The translations under genes and the position numbers were made by a program. Below the pieces are notes generated by a model. That model saw only the letters and a list, made by a program, of their open reading frames with translations. It had not been told where the DNA came from and did no database searches. Source: Candidatus Campbellbacteria bacterium GW2011_OD1_34_28 (lineage in GTDB: Bacteria; Patescibacteriota; Minisyncoccia; Phycocordibacterales; UBA12079). From it: a stretch of DNA of 64,000 bases. The stretch spans positions 554,303 to 618,302 of the forward strand of contig CP011215.1 in the NCBI GenBank assembly GCA_001029775.1, read 5' to 3'. Positions 18,186 to 27,940 of this stretch are shown piece by piece; within the stretch, counting starts at the first letter, position 1; every line of letters begins with the position of its first letter.

Positions 18186-18920
18186 TTATCTTCGCAGGAT
18201 AGCTGTTTTTGCGAGAGAGAAAGATATTCCAGAAAAAACAGGAGCTTTTTGATAAAGAGATACCCCAAAACCCAGCACCGAACTTGTTTCTGCTTTTGTG
18301 AATAAATTCATTCCAATAAGACACACAACATTTCTACGTGCCTCTGAAAAAATGTTAGCCCCTACACAAACACACTGGATATCTTCATATGATTTTAAAA
18401 ACAAGTTAAAACCGCATACAATATAAATATCTTCAAACGCAAACGAAAAAGCATTTAAACCTGTAAAACAAAAAATATCGTTGTTTGAACTTGAAAATAA
18501 ATTAACACCGACAAGGCAAAAAATGTTAGATGCTTTTGAAAACAGATTTAAACCAAAGAAACAAGCAATATTTCCGCCTGCTTCTGAAAAAACATTAAAC
18601 CCCCACAATGTAAAAATATTTTTATGGGCACTCGAAAAAAAATTTAACCCGAAAACGGATTCACAGGAACCATCTTCGGCAACCTGGAAAAAAGATATCA
18701 AAGAATATATGTTTCCCTGTTCGCTCGCTCCCCCAAAAAGAGAAAAGGTTGCTCCAAAAATTTTCCACGGGTATGCCATCAAGAAAAATAACAGTGAAAT
18801 CCACAAACTGACAGTGTGCCCACTCAACCAATAAACAGAATTTGTTAAAATAGCAGAAATGGATCCTGCAAACAACAAATTAATTTCATCTACTTTTAAT
18901 GTAATTTTGGAAGTCCTCAT
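18186..18920 (-). CDS. membrane protein with about nine tandem 16-aa repeats (GxNxFSxAxxNIxCxx; beta-solenoid-like)
   Basis: Likely start MRTSK at 18920. N-terminal TM helices, then repeats encoded by a 48-nt DNA periodicity. Strand chosen by TM segments and the downstream T2 terminator. Reading on the plus strand cannot be fully excluded. Confidence 0.4.
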   Translation of the reverse strand: MRTSKITLKVDEINLLFAGSISAILTNSVYWLSGHTVSLWISLLFFLMAYPWKIFGATFSLFGGASEQGNIYSLISFFQVAEDGSCESVFGLNFFSSAHKNIFTLWGFNVFSEAGGNIACFFGLNLFSKASNIFCLVGVNLFSSSNNDIFCFTGLNAFSFAFEDIYIVCGFNLFLKSYEDIQCVCVGANIFSEARRNVVCLIGMNLFTKAETSSVLGFGVSLYQKAPVFSGISFSLAKTAILRR

Positions 18921-19077
18921 TTGTTTTCCCCTTATTCTGATGTTATTAGTTTCAAAACTACAATTTCTTTGCAAACTATAAACCACAAAAGATATCGAGT
19001 CAATGGCTTGGAAATAAAAGTAAAAAATAAAAAACAGCCTGCTCTAATGCAGGCTGTTTGGGGCGGTTGCTCGCCCG

Positions 19078-19338
19078 TCACCTTCTTCCGCCTCCTCGGT
19101 AACTCTCTCTACCACCGACAAATAATTTTTCGGTGAACTTACAAACAGGGTACATCACCAAACAAAAAATCCAGAGAGGGGTTAAACTTACCATGAAAAT
19201 TAAAAAAAGTACCAATTTTCCGAGAGTGAACATGTCGGCACATATCGCCAACATCACCACAGGTATTGAGTCTCCAGCCCTTACTGAGGCTGATGTGTCT
19301 TCAAAGCACACGTCCTTTATGTATTCTTTTATCTTCAT
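19078..19338 (-). CDS. small membrane protein (GC-rich cargo of family-1 cassette A)
   Basis: 86 aa. RBS ggaga plus ATG at 19338. Two TM helices. Hairpin terminator cagcctgc..gcaggctg at 19030-19062. Confidence 0.5.
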   Translation of the reverse strand: MKIKEYIKDVCFEDTSASVRAGDSIPVVMLAICADMFTLGKLVLFLIFMVSLTPLWIFCLVMYPVCKFTEKLFVGGRESYRGGGRR

Positions 19339-19473
19339 GTTGTCTCCTCATTTGTTTTGCGGACATTTAAGTTTTTCAAAAATTTTTAGGCGTTTTTTTC
19401 AAAACACCCTTATTTCCTATTTGTAATATTAACATAATTAAGCAACATTGTCAATTTATATAATAAAAACAAC
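19339..19473 (-). promoter_or_regulatory. family-1 conserved promoter (TTGACA-17-TAATAT) plus about 85-nt conserved leader; copies at 25949-26078 and 29962-30093
   Basis: Three diverged copies (roughly 85-90 percent identical by eye) of ttgaca..tagtat/taatat..aggaaataagggtgttttgaaa..gcctaaaaa, each ending in RBS plus the ATG of a different ORF. Confidence 0.6.
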
Positions 19474-19502
19474 AAAAAACCGCTTTAAAATAGCGGTTTT
19501 TT
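19474..19502 (-). terminator. conserved cassette terminator T1 (aaaaaaccgc-loop-gcggtttttt); copies at 26079-26107 and 30094-30122
   Basis: Bidirectional hairpin with A/T runs. It lies between the stop of an unrelated housekeeping gene (gyrA, pth, sigma-r4 gene) and the family-1 promoter. Confidence 0.65.
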
Positions 19503-19545
19503 GTATGTTGGGGTCTATTTTCTTACTCCTTAAACCTTACACCTA

Positions 19546-22032
19546 TTATAGGCAGGTAAGCGATGCAATCTTGTCACCTTCTCTCATTTTCATTATTCTT
19601 ACCCCCTGTGTCTGTCTGCCCAATGATGGGATTTCTGAAACATCTACTCTGATCACTTGTGCATTTTTTGAGATAGCAACAATTTCTTGTTGTTTTTCCG
19701 TCAGTACTTTTGATGTAATCAAATTTCCTGTTTTGTCGGTGATTTTCATTGTCTTGATTCCCGATCCTCCCCTCTTTTGAATTTTGTATTCTTTGAGAGA
19801 AGTTTTCTTTCCGTATCCATTTCCGCTCATAACAAAGAAATCTGGATTCACATAATCTTTTTTGATGATATTTCCTCCAACAACAAAATCTCCTTTTCCA
19901 AGTTTCATTCCGGTCACTCCTCCCGCCCCTCTTCCCATTTCTCTAACATCGCTTTCTTTAAAGCGAATAGATTGTCCTTTACTGCTGGTCAAAATAATAG
20001 TATCTCCTTTATCAACAAAACGAGCGGTTATCAATTCGTCTTTGTCTTGCAATTTTATAGCAATCAAACCGTTTCTTCTTACATCATGAAAGTTTTTAGC
20101 GGCTACCTTTTTTGTAACTCCAGCCTTTGTAACCATCAACAGAGAAATATTGTTCTGTTTTTCATCTTTTGGCATTGGTAAAATAGAAGTAACTCTTTCT
20201 TCTGCTTCCAATTGCAAAAAATTCATAATAGATTTTCCTCTTGTTGCTCTTTTTCCTTCTGGAATATCGTACATCTTTATTTGGTAAGCTTTTCCTTTGT
20301 CGCTAAAGAACAACAAATCACTGTGTGTGCTTGTTGTCAAAAATGTAGTAACAAAGTCTTCTTCTTTGGCTTTTAGGTCTACTACGCCCACCCCGCCTCT
20401 TTTTTGTCTCTTGTATTCGTCAGGGTTGGTTCTCTTTATATATCCTCCAGATGTATAAACCAAAACACTCTCTTCTTCGGGGATTAAATCTTCAACAGAA
20501 ATAGATTTAACACCTGTATTAACAACTTTGGTTCTTCTGTCGTCTCCATATTTTTCAGAAATTTCAACAAGTTCTTTTTTGATAACTTCCAATATTTTTT
20601 TAGGACTCTTCAAAAGTTCGCGCAATTCTTTTATCAAAGATTGTACCTCTTTCAATTCGTCTTCAATTTTCTTTCTCTCCAGTCCTGCCAATTTTTGCAA
20701 CTTCATTTCCAAAATAGCATGAGCTTGTCTATCGCTAAATTTGAATTCTTTCATCAAATTTAAATGAGCAGTTGCAGTGTCTTTGGATGCTTTAATCGTT
20801 TTGATTATCTGATCAATATGATCTAGGGCTTTCTTTAATCCTAGCAAAATATGCTCTCTGTCTTCTGCTTTTCTTAGATCAAATTGAGTTCTTCTAACAA
20901 CAACATCTTGTCTGTGTTTGATAAATTCTTCCAAGACGCTTTTCAGCGCCATTGTTTGAGGAACACCATCAACCAATACAACAAGGTTCATATGGAAGGT
21001 ATCTTCCAATTGAGTGTGTTTATAAATATAATTTAATATTTTTTGAGGATGGGTACCCGATTTTAGATCAATAACAACTCGGATATCTCTTGTTGATTCG
21101 TCTCTCAATCCCTTTATGCCCTCTATTTTTTTATCTCTGTGAAGCTCGGCTATTTTAACAATCAAATCTGCCTTGTTTACTCTGAAAGGAAGTGAAGTAA
21201 TGATAATCTGAAAATTGTCGGCTTTGTTTTCTACTATCTCTGCATTTCCACGACAAATAATACCGCCTCTTCCAGTGGCATAAGCGTGAGCAATTGCTTT
21301 TTCATCAAAAATCATTCCACCCAAAGGAAAATCTGGTCCTTTCACGAAACCAAGAAGGTCTTCGGTTGTAGCATCGGTATTGTCTATTAAGTGAACTGTT
21401 GCATCAACTACCTCTCTCAAGTTATGAGGGGGAATATTGGTTGCCATACCAACAGCAATACCAAGTGTTCCATTTAAAAGGATATTTGGAACAGCAGACG
21501 GCAAGACAGTTGGTTCTTTGGTTGTCCCATCATAGTTTGGTCTAAAATCAACGGTGTTTTTTTCAATGTCTCTCAACAACTCGTTTGAAAGTTTTGACAT
21601 CTTTGCTTCGGTGTACCTCATCGCTGCTGGAGAGTCTCCGTCTATTGAACCAAAGTTTCCTTGTCCTAATACCAAAGGATATCTCATTGTAAAGTCTTGA
21701 GTCATCTTTACCATAGAGTCGTAAACAGCCACATCACCGTGAGGGTGGTATTTTCCCAATACGTCTCCGACTACGGCAGCAGATTTTCTAAATTTTGCAG
21801 ATGATGTCAAACCCATGCCACTCATTGTGTAAAGGATTCTCCTGTGAACTGGTTTCAATCCGTCTCTTACATCAGGCAAAGCACGATCGGTAATAACAGA
21901 CATGGCATAATCCAAAAAACTACTCTCCATTTGAGAGCTGATATTTTCTGTGATGATACCTTTTTCTGTCACGATATCTTTTGGAATTTCTTTTTCGTTA
22001 TTTGAATTGTCCTTTTCTTCTTTTTTTGCCAT
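19546..22032 (-). CDS. gyrA: DNA gyrase subunit A
   Basis: 828 aa. [26 protein letters not shown] active-site region. C-terminal beta-pinwheel with a GyrA-box-like QKRGGSG. Confidence 0.85.
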   Translation of the reverse strand: MAKKEEKDNSNNEKEIPKDIVTEKGIITENISSQMESSFLDYAMSVITDRALPDVRDGLKPVHRRILYTMSGMGLTSSAKFRKSAAVVGDVLGKYHPHGDVAVYDSMVKMTQDFTMRYPLVLGQGNFGSIDGDSPAAMRYTEAKMSKLSNELLRDIEKNTVDFRPNYDGTTKEPTVLPSAVPNILLNGTLGIAVGMATNIPPHNLREVVDATVHLIDNTDATTEDLLGFVKGPDFPLGGMIFDEKAIAHAYATGRGGIICRGNAEIVENKADNFQIIITSLPFRVNKADLIVKIAELHRDKKIEGIKGLRDESTRDIRVVIDLKSGTHPQKILNYIYKHTQLEDTFHMNLVVLVDGVPQTMALKSVLEEFIKHRQDVVVRRTQFDLRKAEDREHILLGLKKALDHIDQIIKTIKASKDTATAHLNLMKEFKFSDRQAHAILEMKLQKLAGLERKKIEDELKEVQSLIKELRELLKSPKKILEVIKKELVEISEKYGDDRRTKVVNTGVKSISVEDLIPEEESVLVYTSGGYIKRTNPDEYKRQKRGGVGVVDLKAKEEDFVTTFLTTSTHSDLLFFSDKGKAYQIKMYDIPEGKRATRGKSIMNFLQLEAEERVTSILPMPKDEKQNNISLLMVTKAGVTKKVAAKNFHDVRRNGLIAIKLQDKDELITARFVDKGDTIILTSSKGQSIRFKESDVREMGRGAGGVTGMKLGKGDFVVGGNIIKKDYVNPDFFVMSGNGYGKKTSLKEYKIQKRGGSGIKTMKITDKTGNLITSKVLTEKQQEIVAISKNAQVIRVDVSEIPSLGRQTQGVRIMKMREGDKIASLTCL

Positions 22033-22179
22033 GTTTTAAATTAGTTTTTAGTCGTTAGTTATTAGTTTTTAATTATCAAAACCAGTTTATTGTTTATAGA
22101 TTCTAAAGACTATAAACTATCACCTAATAACTACGAAATTATATCACAAAACAAAATTAATTTCCTTATCAAAAAGTCG

Positions 22180-22425
22180 TTATTTTAAGTCTATCTGTTG
22201 ATAAATTCCACCAAAATCATCCCATATTTTTAACACAAAAACCTTCATTTCTTGAATTGAATTGTTACCATATTCTTTCTTTCTTTTATTATCTTCAAAA
22301 AAATAATTTAAAATTATGGCAATCAAAATTATCCCTATCATTGTAAAGACTGTATAGGTAAAAAGAAGAGATCTTTTTTCTTCTTCTGGCTTGTTTCTTA
22401 TTTTTGTTAAGAAATCACCGGACAT
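22180..22425 (-). CDS. small membrane hypothetical protein
   Basis: 81-aa ORF with one TM helix. Confidence 0.35.
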   Translation of the reverse strand: MSGDFLTKIRNKPEEEKRSLLFTYTVFTMIGIILIAIILNYFFEDNKRKKEYGNNSIQEMKVFVLKIWDDFGGIYQQIDLK

Positions 22426-22436
22426 ATTAAAAAATA

Positions 22437-23078
22437 TTATACTTCTGAATTTAAAACAATTATTTCACCGTCTCTGCCTTCCAGATCTTTCTTCTTGATA
22501 GTCAATTTGTCTACAGGCTTAACATTTTCTTCTCCCCCCTCTTTCAAAAACTTTTTCAGAGCATCCTTTTCTCCAACATCACCATAATGCATTGGAATAA
22601 TTATTTTTGCTCCCAATTTGGTTGCTAGTTTGTGGGCATCACTTGCGTTTAATACCCCATCACCTCCGATAGGAGTAAATAATACCTCTACATCGCCTAA
22701 AACAGATTTCGCATTTTCTCCTAATTCTATTGAATCCAAAGCACCAAGAAAACCAATTTTTATTCCGTCCAATGTCAAAGAATAGACAGTATTGATTCTG
22801 CTCTTGCCTTTGTATTGAGTATTATAAAAAACTCCTCTTATAAAAATTCCTTTGATTTCATATTCTCCTGGACCAGAAATAACAAAAGGTTCTTTGTTTT
22901 TTGAAGAAACACTTTCTACCCCGTTCAAGTCAACACTGTTTGCTGTGATAATGGCAATATCAGCACCGAATCGAGGGCCTTTAAATTTTGAATCTTTGGA
23001 AATTGGATTAAAAGCGATGACTATGTCGCCAAATTGAACTTTAAAAAATTCTATATTGTGGTATGTGATTATCATAGG
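22437..23078 (-). CDS. MBL-fold metallo-hydrolase-like protein
   Basis: Start moved to MIITYHN because the track N-terminus runs through the palindromic repeat 23112-23211. Beta-lactamase-fold-like motifs (HYGDV). Confidence 0.5.
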   Translation of the reverse strand, partial: PMIITYHNIEFFKVQFGDIVIAFNPISKDSKFKGPRFGADIAIITANSVDLNGVESVSSKNKEPFVISGPGEYEIKGIFIRGVFYNTQYKGKSRINTVYSLTLDGIKIGFLGALDSIELGENAKSVLGDVEVLFTPIGGDGVLNASDAHKLATKLGAKIIIPMHYGDVGEKDALKKFLKEGGEENVKPVDKLTIKKKDLEGRDGEIIVLNSEV

Positions 23079-23111
23079 TTGGATTATATCATACTTTAGA
23101 ATTACGAAATT

Positions 23112-23211
23112 GTGGATTGCTTCACTTCGTTCGCAAATTTCCCGCCTTTGTCGTCTTTGCGAAATTTCGTCTTCCCCGTCGTCTTTGCGAGCCGAAGGCG
23201 AAGCAATCCAC
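23112..23211. repeat. palindromic dimer of the GGATTGCTTCG...CTCGCAAAGACG element
   Basis: gtggattgcttc...ttcgcaaa...cgtctttgcgaa...cgtctttgcgagccgaaggcgaagcaatccac. Half-copies at 15232-15267, 18091-18129, 52985-53013, 58388-58416. Confidence 0.6.
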
Positions 23212-23447
23212 GTCGTCCGTGCTATCAGCTGTAAGCTATCGGCTATCAGCTTCTTCAATGCTATCAGCTTTTTGAACTTTTGACTTTTGTCTTATTATAT
23301 ATATACTTAACTACAGCCAGAAACGGCTTTATTTTTTATTAATCGAATTATAAGTTAACCCTATTTAAAAAAGCGGTAAGGCGCGAAAAGATTATAGATT
23401 AAGCCTTATTTTGCTGGTAAATAGTACTTTTAATTCAAAAAATCAAA

Positions 23448-24563
23448 ATGACAAAAAAGGATGTTAATCCAGAAGTAGAGGTATCTACTAATGAAGAAGT
23501 GAAAAAAGACGGTATAATGACCGCTTTGATCGAAAAAACCCCTACTCTTCCTGCTATAGGAGAGCTAATCGAGGGAAAAGTTATAGGTATTGAAAAGAAT
23601 GGTGTTTTTATAGATTTGCCACCATTTGGTACAGGTATAATTTATGGAAAAGAACTTATAAGTGTTCGTGATGTAATCAAAAATTTGAACATCGGGGATA
23701 CTGTTGATGCAAAGATTGTTGATGTTGAAAACGAAGACGGTTATGTTGAATTGTCTTTGAAAGAAGCTAGACAAGCTCTTGTTTGGACAGAAGCTGAAAA
23801 AGCAATGAAAGAAAAACAAGTTCTTGAATTGTCTATCAAAGAAGCAAACAAAGGAGGTCTTCTTATCAACTGGCAAGGAATCTCAGGATTTCTTCCTGCT
23901 TCACAACTAAGCAGTGAAAATTATCCAAGAGTAGCAGACGGAGATAAAGACAAGATCTTGGAAGAATTGAAAAAAATGGTTGGTTCAAAAATCGCTGTTC
24001 AAATTATCGGCGTTGAACCAAAAGAAGGAAAATTAATCTTCTCAGAGAAAAATATAAATCAAGGAGAGAGAGAAGAAGTTATTCAAAAATACAATGTTGG
24101 AGATGAAATGGAAGGAGAAGTTACTGGTATTGTTGATTTCGGAATCTTTATCAAATTGGATGGAAACATTGAAGGTTTGGTACACATTTCAGAAATAAGC
24201 TGGTCACTTGTTGAAAATCCAAGAGAATTGTTCAAGATTGGAGAAAAAGTAAAGGTGAAAATTATAGAAATAGTAGATGGAAAGATTTCACTATCTATCA
24301 AAGCTTTGAAAGAAAATCCTTGGAAAAGTGCAGAAAGAAAATTCAAGAAGGGCGATGAGGTTGAAGCTGTGGTTATCAAATTCAACAAACACGGCGCTTT
24401 GGCAAGTATAGAAGAGGGTGTAGCTGGACTTGTTCACATTTCAGAATTTGAAAGTAGTGAAGAAAAATTGAAAGAGGCTTTGCAACTAGGCAAAAACTAT
24501 AAATTCAAAATCAATGTCTTTGAACCAAAAGATCAAAAAATGACATTGTCTTTAGTTAAATAA
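23448..24563 (+). CDS. rpsA: 30S ribosomal protein S1
   Basis: 371 aa with four S1 RNA-binding repeats. Hairpin terminator acagggac..gtccctgt follows. Confidence 0.8.
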   Translation: MTKKDVNPEVEVSTNEEVKKDGIMTALIEKTPTLPAIGELIEGKVIGIEKNGVFIDLPPFGTGIIYGKELISVRDVIKNLNIGDTVDAKIVDVENEDGYVELSLKEARQALVWTEAEKAMKEKQVLELSIKEANKGGLLINWQGISGFLPASQLSSENYPRVADGDKDKILEELKKMVGSKIAVQIIGVEPKEGKLIFSEKNINQGEREEVIQKYNVGDEMEGEVTGIVDFGIFIKLDGNIEGLVHISEISWSLVENPRELFKIGEKVKVKIIEIVDGKISLSIKALKENPWKSAERKFKKGDEVEAVVIKFNKHGALASIEEGVAGLVHISEFESSEEKLKEALQLGKNYKFKINVFEPKDQKMTLSLVK

Positions 24564-24701
24564 ATTTAACTAAAGAAAAAAACAAAAAACAGGGACTCAC
24601 CGTCCCTGTTTTTTGTTTTTAATTGACTTATTTTATTTAAATAAATATACTCAGGACAGATTTTAGGATGTTCTCGCTATACAAAATAGAAGGAGGAAAA
24701 A

Positions 24702-25493
24702 ATGAATAGTGAAGGTCGTTTTATTAGTATTACGGATTTTACTTGCCCTGAGCAGGTAAATTCTATGTTGGAATTAAGAAAAAAACTCAACAGCAAAATC
24801 CTTTTGGGCGTTGGAGTTATGATGAGTTATAAAACACTTCACGGATTCCCAACAAAATGGTCAAAATCTTTTCCAGAAAACAAAGATATTCCGTCTATTT
24901 TTATGGACAAAGAGGGTGTTTTTAATGTTTTACATTATGCGGATCAAAACAATGATTCATGTTGGGAAGATTTTTGGGCAGGGCTTGGTTATGCGGGTCC
25001 AAATGTTCATGCGATCCAGTTTGATATGACATGGCCACACCCTAACGATGTCCATTATGTAATTAGTAGCATGAAAGAAGAGGGGGCTCTTGTCGAAGTA
25101 ATTATACAAGTTGGACGAAAATCTTTTTTACAGGCAGGAAATACACCCAAAGGAATTATAAAAAGATTATCAGAATATTATTACAGAAACTGTTTGGGCT
25201 ATGTTCTTTTGGATAAAAGTATGGGCGAAGGGAAAATACTCAACCCTCACGAACTAATTCCTTTTATAGATGCGATTTACCAAAAGTGGCCAAATATTAA
25301 AATTGTTGTAGCGGGTGGTCTCGGTCCAGAAACAATTTCCACTGTGGAACCAATTTTGGACCTTTATCCCGTAAGTCTTTGTGCTCAATCCAGATTACGC
25401 CCCAGTTTTAATGCTTTAGACCCCATTGATTGGGATATGGCACAGGAATATTGGAAAAAAGCCGATGCTCTTTTTAAAAAATACGAAAAGTAA
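24702..25493 (+). CDS. TIM-barrel-like protein (weak PRAI/TrpF-like pattern)
   Basis: 263 aa. C-terminal IVVAGGLGPETI resembles the phosphate-binding loop of PRAI-type barrels. Weak. Confidence 0.3.
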   Translation: MNSEGRFISITDFTCPEQVNSMLELRKKLNSKILLGVGVMMSYKTLHGFPTKWSKSFPENKDIPSIFMDKEGVFNVLHYADQNNDSCWEDFWAGLGYAGPNVHAIQFDMTWPHPNDVHYVISSMKEEGALVEVIIQVGRKSFLQAGNTPKGIIKRLSEYYYRNCLGYVLLDKSMGEGKILNPHELIPFIDAIYQKWPNIKIVVAGGLGPETISTVEPILDLYPVSLCAQSRLRPSFNALDPIDWDMAQEYWKKADALFKKYEK

Positions 25494-25589
25494 TTTTTTC
25501 ACTTTAAAACCCCAGTAGCAGCAAGGCTATTGGGGTTTTGTTTAAAATTGAAAAAATAAAAAACTCCCAGCACGTGGTGTGCTGGGAGC

Positions 25590-25681
25590 AAAGTGTCAAT
25601 TTTGTCTCGGTTTTTAACTAACCGGAGGAATCTGCTTTCCTTGGGCTCTCCATTTTTTAAAAACGGGGACAAAATTTGTTG
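25590..25681 (-). promoter_or_regulatory. conserved 3' element of family-1 cassettes (copy 2 at 29422-29514)
   Basis: About 85 nt (gagtgtcaattttgtctcggttttt.actaaccggaggaatctgctttcctt.ggctctccatttttt) between the cargo stop codon and T2. Near-identical in two cassettes with unrelated ORFs. Confidence 0.55.
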
Positions 25682-25948
25682 TTACGGCAACTTCACCGTA
25701 ATCAACAGATTGCTAGGTATCGCTTCACACGGCACAGTCGACAGTGAAGCTATCTTCGCAAAACCCACCCACGTCTGATAGATAGCAAAGCACAAGCCTG
25801 TTCGTGGATCTTTCGTATACTGAATTCGTGCGACAGTATTGGTGACTTCTTTTATTATTGTATCTTCTTCCGTCGTCGCCGATGACGTTCCGAAGCCGAG
25901 AACCATAGCTACCAACGTAACGCAAATCATCATGGAAATCTTTTTCAT
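25682..25948 (-). CDS. small secreted protein (GC-rich cargo of family-1 cassette B)
   Basis: 88 aa. RBS aggagaagg plus ATG at 25948. Signal peptide MKKISMMICVTLVAMVLGFGTSSA. G+C-rich. Confidence 0.5.
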   Translation of the reverse strand: MKKISMMICVTLVAMVLGFGTSSATTEEDTIIKEVTNTVARIQYTKDPRTGLCFAIYQTWVGFAKIASLSTVPCEAIPSNLLITVKLP

Positions 25949-26185
25949 ACCTTCTCCTTCAATTGAATGACTTTTTTGTATTTCAATTTTTAGGCGTCTC
26001 TTTCAAAACACCCTTATTTCCTATTCATAATACTAACATAATTAAACAATACTGTCAATCTTTCTAACCAAAACAACCAAAAAACCGCTTAAAAATAGCG
26101 GTTTTTTGTGTTTCTAAAACCTGCCTCTTTTCTGAAAGAAAAGCAACGACACGGCAGGCAGGACTAAAAACTGACAACTAAAAAC

Positions 26186-26770
26186 TCAATTAAACTCGTT
26201 CATTGCTTTGTCTCTTCCCTCTTTTACAATCATTTCCAAAGCAATATTTATTTTTTTGCTTATCTTTTTTAAGACATCCATCTCAGGTTTTTTAAAGTCT
26301 TTCATTATCAAATTTAAAACCTTTTCTTCTCCTTTTGGTTTTTTCAGTTTACCCGTAGGGGTAGTAGGACAAATACCAATTCTAATTCTTGCAAATTCTT
26401 TTGTCTTGATTGTTTTCACGATTGATTCCAATCCATTGTGTCCACCTGTTCCCCTATTAAAAGATATTTTAAAATCACCTAGTCCAAGATCCAAATCGTC
26501 GTACATCACAATCAAATTTTCCGCATTATCTTTGTTAATTAAATCTTTCACACTCAAACCAGATTTATTCATAAATGTTTCCGGTTTTAAAAGAATCACA
26601 TTTTCTTTATCAATCTTTCCTTCTGATATCAAGGATTTATATTTTTTATTTTCATTCCAATCAGAAAAATCGTTACTTTTTGCAAAATAATCCAACATAA
26701 TTCTGCCTGTATTATGTCTCGTCATCTCATATTCTTTTCCCGGATTTCCTAGTCCAACGATTATGTACAT
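26186..26770 (-). CDS. pth: peptidyl-tRNA hydrolase
   Basis: Start at MYIIVGLGNPGKEYEMTRHNTGRIMLDYFAK, the Pth signature. Confidence 0.8.
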   Translation of the reverse strand: MYIIVGLGNPGKEYEMTRHNTGRIMLDYFAKSNDFSDWNENKKYKSLISEGKIDKENVILLKPETFMNKSGLSVKDLINKDNAENLIVMYDDLDLGLGDFKISFNRGTGGHNGLESIVKTIKTKEFARIRIGICPTTPTGKLKKPKGEEKVLNLIMKDFKKPEMDVLKKISKKINIALEMIVKEGRDKAMNEFN

Positions 26771-26872
26771 AAATATTAGTATAAAGTAGTAAGGATTAAG
26801 TAACAAGTAGAACGGGTCGACTTCGTCAACGCTGTTAGCTATCAGCTGTCCACTGTGAGCTTCGTCCGTGAA

Positions 26873-27913
26873 TCAGTCCATATACAATTTCTTATTCAAC
26901 AAATGATCTTTGTAATTTGTTGCATAATAAAGATTTCCTCTTCTGTCTGAAAGATAGTACAAATAATCATTTTCAATTGGTTCAATCGCAGCTAAAATAG
27001 AGTTGAGACCCGGATTAGTTATTGGTCCTGGAGGCAAACCTTTGTATTTATAAGTATTATAAGGAGAATCGTGCTTTAAATCAGTCAAATTTACTTCGTA
27101 TGTGTTTTTACCGATTATATAGGGAAAAACAGCATCAACCTGTAAAGGCATATCTATTTCAATTCTATTCCATAAAATACCAGAGACCATTTTTCTTGTT
27201 TTAACAGTTCTCGCTTCTTCTTCTATGAGAGATGCCATAATTATTATGTCCGAAAGGCTTTTATCTGATTTTGATATTTTTTCTTGAATTTCTGTCATTT
27301 TTGAATAAAAATTTATCTCCATTGCTCTCAAAACATCAATCGCGGTTATGTTTGGTAAAAATTGATATGTATCAGGAAACAAATATCCTTCCAAATTATT
27401 TTCTTCGGCCAGTCTTACAAATTCATCTGGATTAAATTTGCTAAATTTTTTAGCAATGACAACAGACATCTCTTTTACAGTTAGTCCTTCGTAGAGGGTT
27501 ACTTTCATAGGATCCATACCGAAATCGCCGTTTACCAATGCAATTGCCGTCCCGAAAGCGTCTTTTTTTTCTTCAAAAAAATAATCTCCGGCGATTATAC
27601 TTTTTTCACCACCTAGTGCTCTAACAGTTATTTCAAAAAAAGATTTTGATTTTATAACCCTTTTATCTTTTAGTTCTTTTGAAATATCTCTCAAAGTATC
27701 TCCACTTTCAATATGAATAATAGAAGCAAGTGGAAAAGACTGTGGAGCATTGATAAACAAAAAATATACTGAATAAAGAAAAATTAAACACAAAAAAAAC
27801 AACTCCCATATAAGAGAACTATTTTCGCTTAAAAATTCCCGAGTTATTTTAGGCTTGGGAATTTTTTTGTCAGCGAAAAAATTTCTTGGATTGTAATTTT
27901 GAAAATTAAGCAT
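26873..27913 (-). CDS. mltG: endolytic murein transglycosylase MltG (YceG family)
   Basis: 346 aa. N-terminal TM, then a YceG-like domain. Confidence 0.65.
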   Translation of the reverse strand: MLNFQNYNPRNFFADKKIPKPKITREFLSENSSLIWELFFLCLIFLYSVYFLFINAPQSFPLASIIHIESGDTLRDISKELKDKRVIKSKSFFEITVRALGGEKSIIAGDYFFEEKKDAFGTAIALVNGDFGMDPMKVTLYEGLTVKEMSVVIAKKFSKFNPDEFVRLAEENNLEGYLFPDTYQFLPNITAIDVLRAMEINFYSKMTEIQEKISKSDKSLSDIIIMASLIEEEARTVKTRKMVSGILWNRIEIDMPLQVDAVFPYIIGKNTYEVNLTDLKHDSPYNTYKYKGLPPGPITNPGLNSILAAIEPIENDYLYYLSDRRGNLYYATNYKDHLLNKKLYMD

Positions 27914-27940
27914 AAGCTAGATAGCAAATTTAACTTTTTA

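Noticed and set aside
18481-18834. Plus-strand ORF 18481..18834 within the 48-nt periodic region
   Set aside because: The periodic DNA yields long frames on both strands. The minus-strand frame has TM helices, an RBS-proximal ATG and is followed by the T2 terminator. Kept as a low-confidence alternative only.
23079-23258. N-terminal 60 aa of track ORF 22437..23258
   Set aside because: This stretch is encoded by the palindromic GGATTGCTTCG repeat dimer and is Arg/Ser-rich nonsense. The start was moved to MIITYHN at 23078.
25593-25778. Plus-strand ORFs 25593..25778 and 29496..29723 across the conserved cassette 3' element
   Set aside because: They start with alternative codons, overlap the minus-strand cargo gene, and their protein sequences are not conserved between the two copies although the DNA is. 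The conservation is at nucleotide level.
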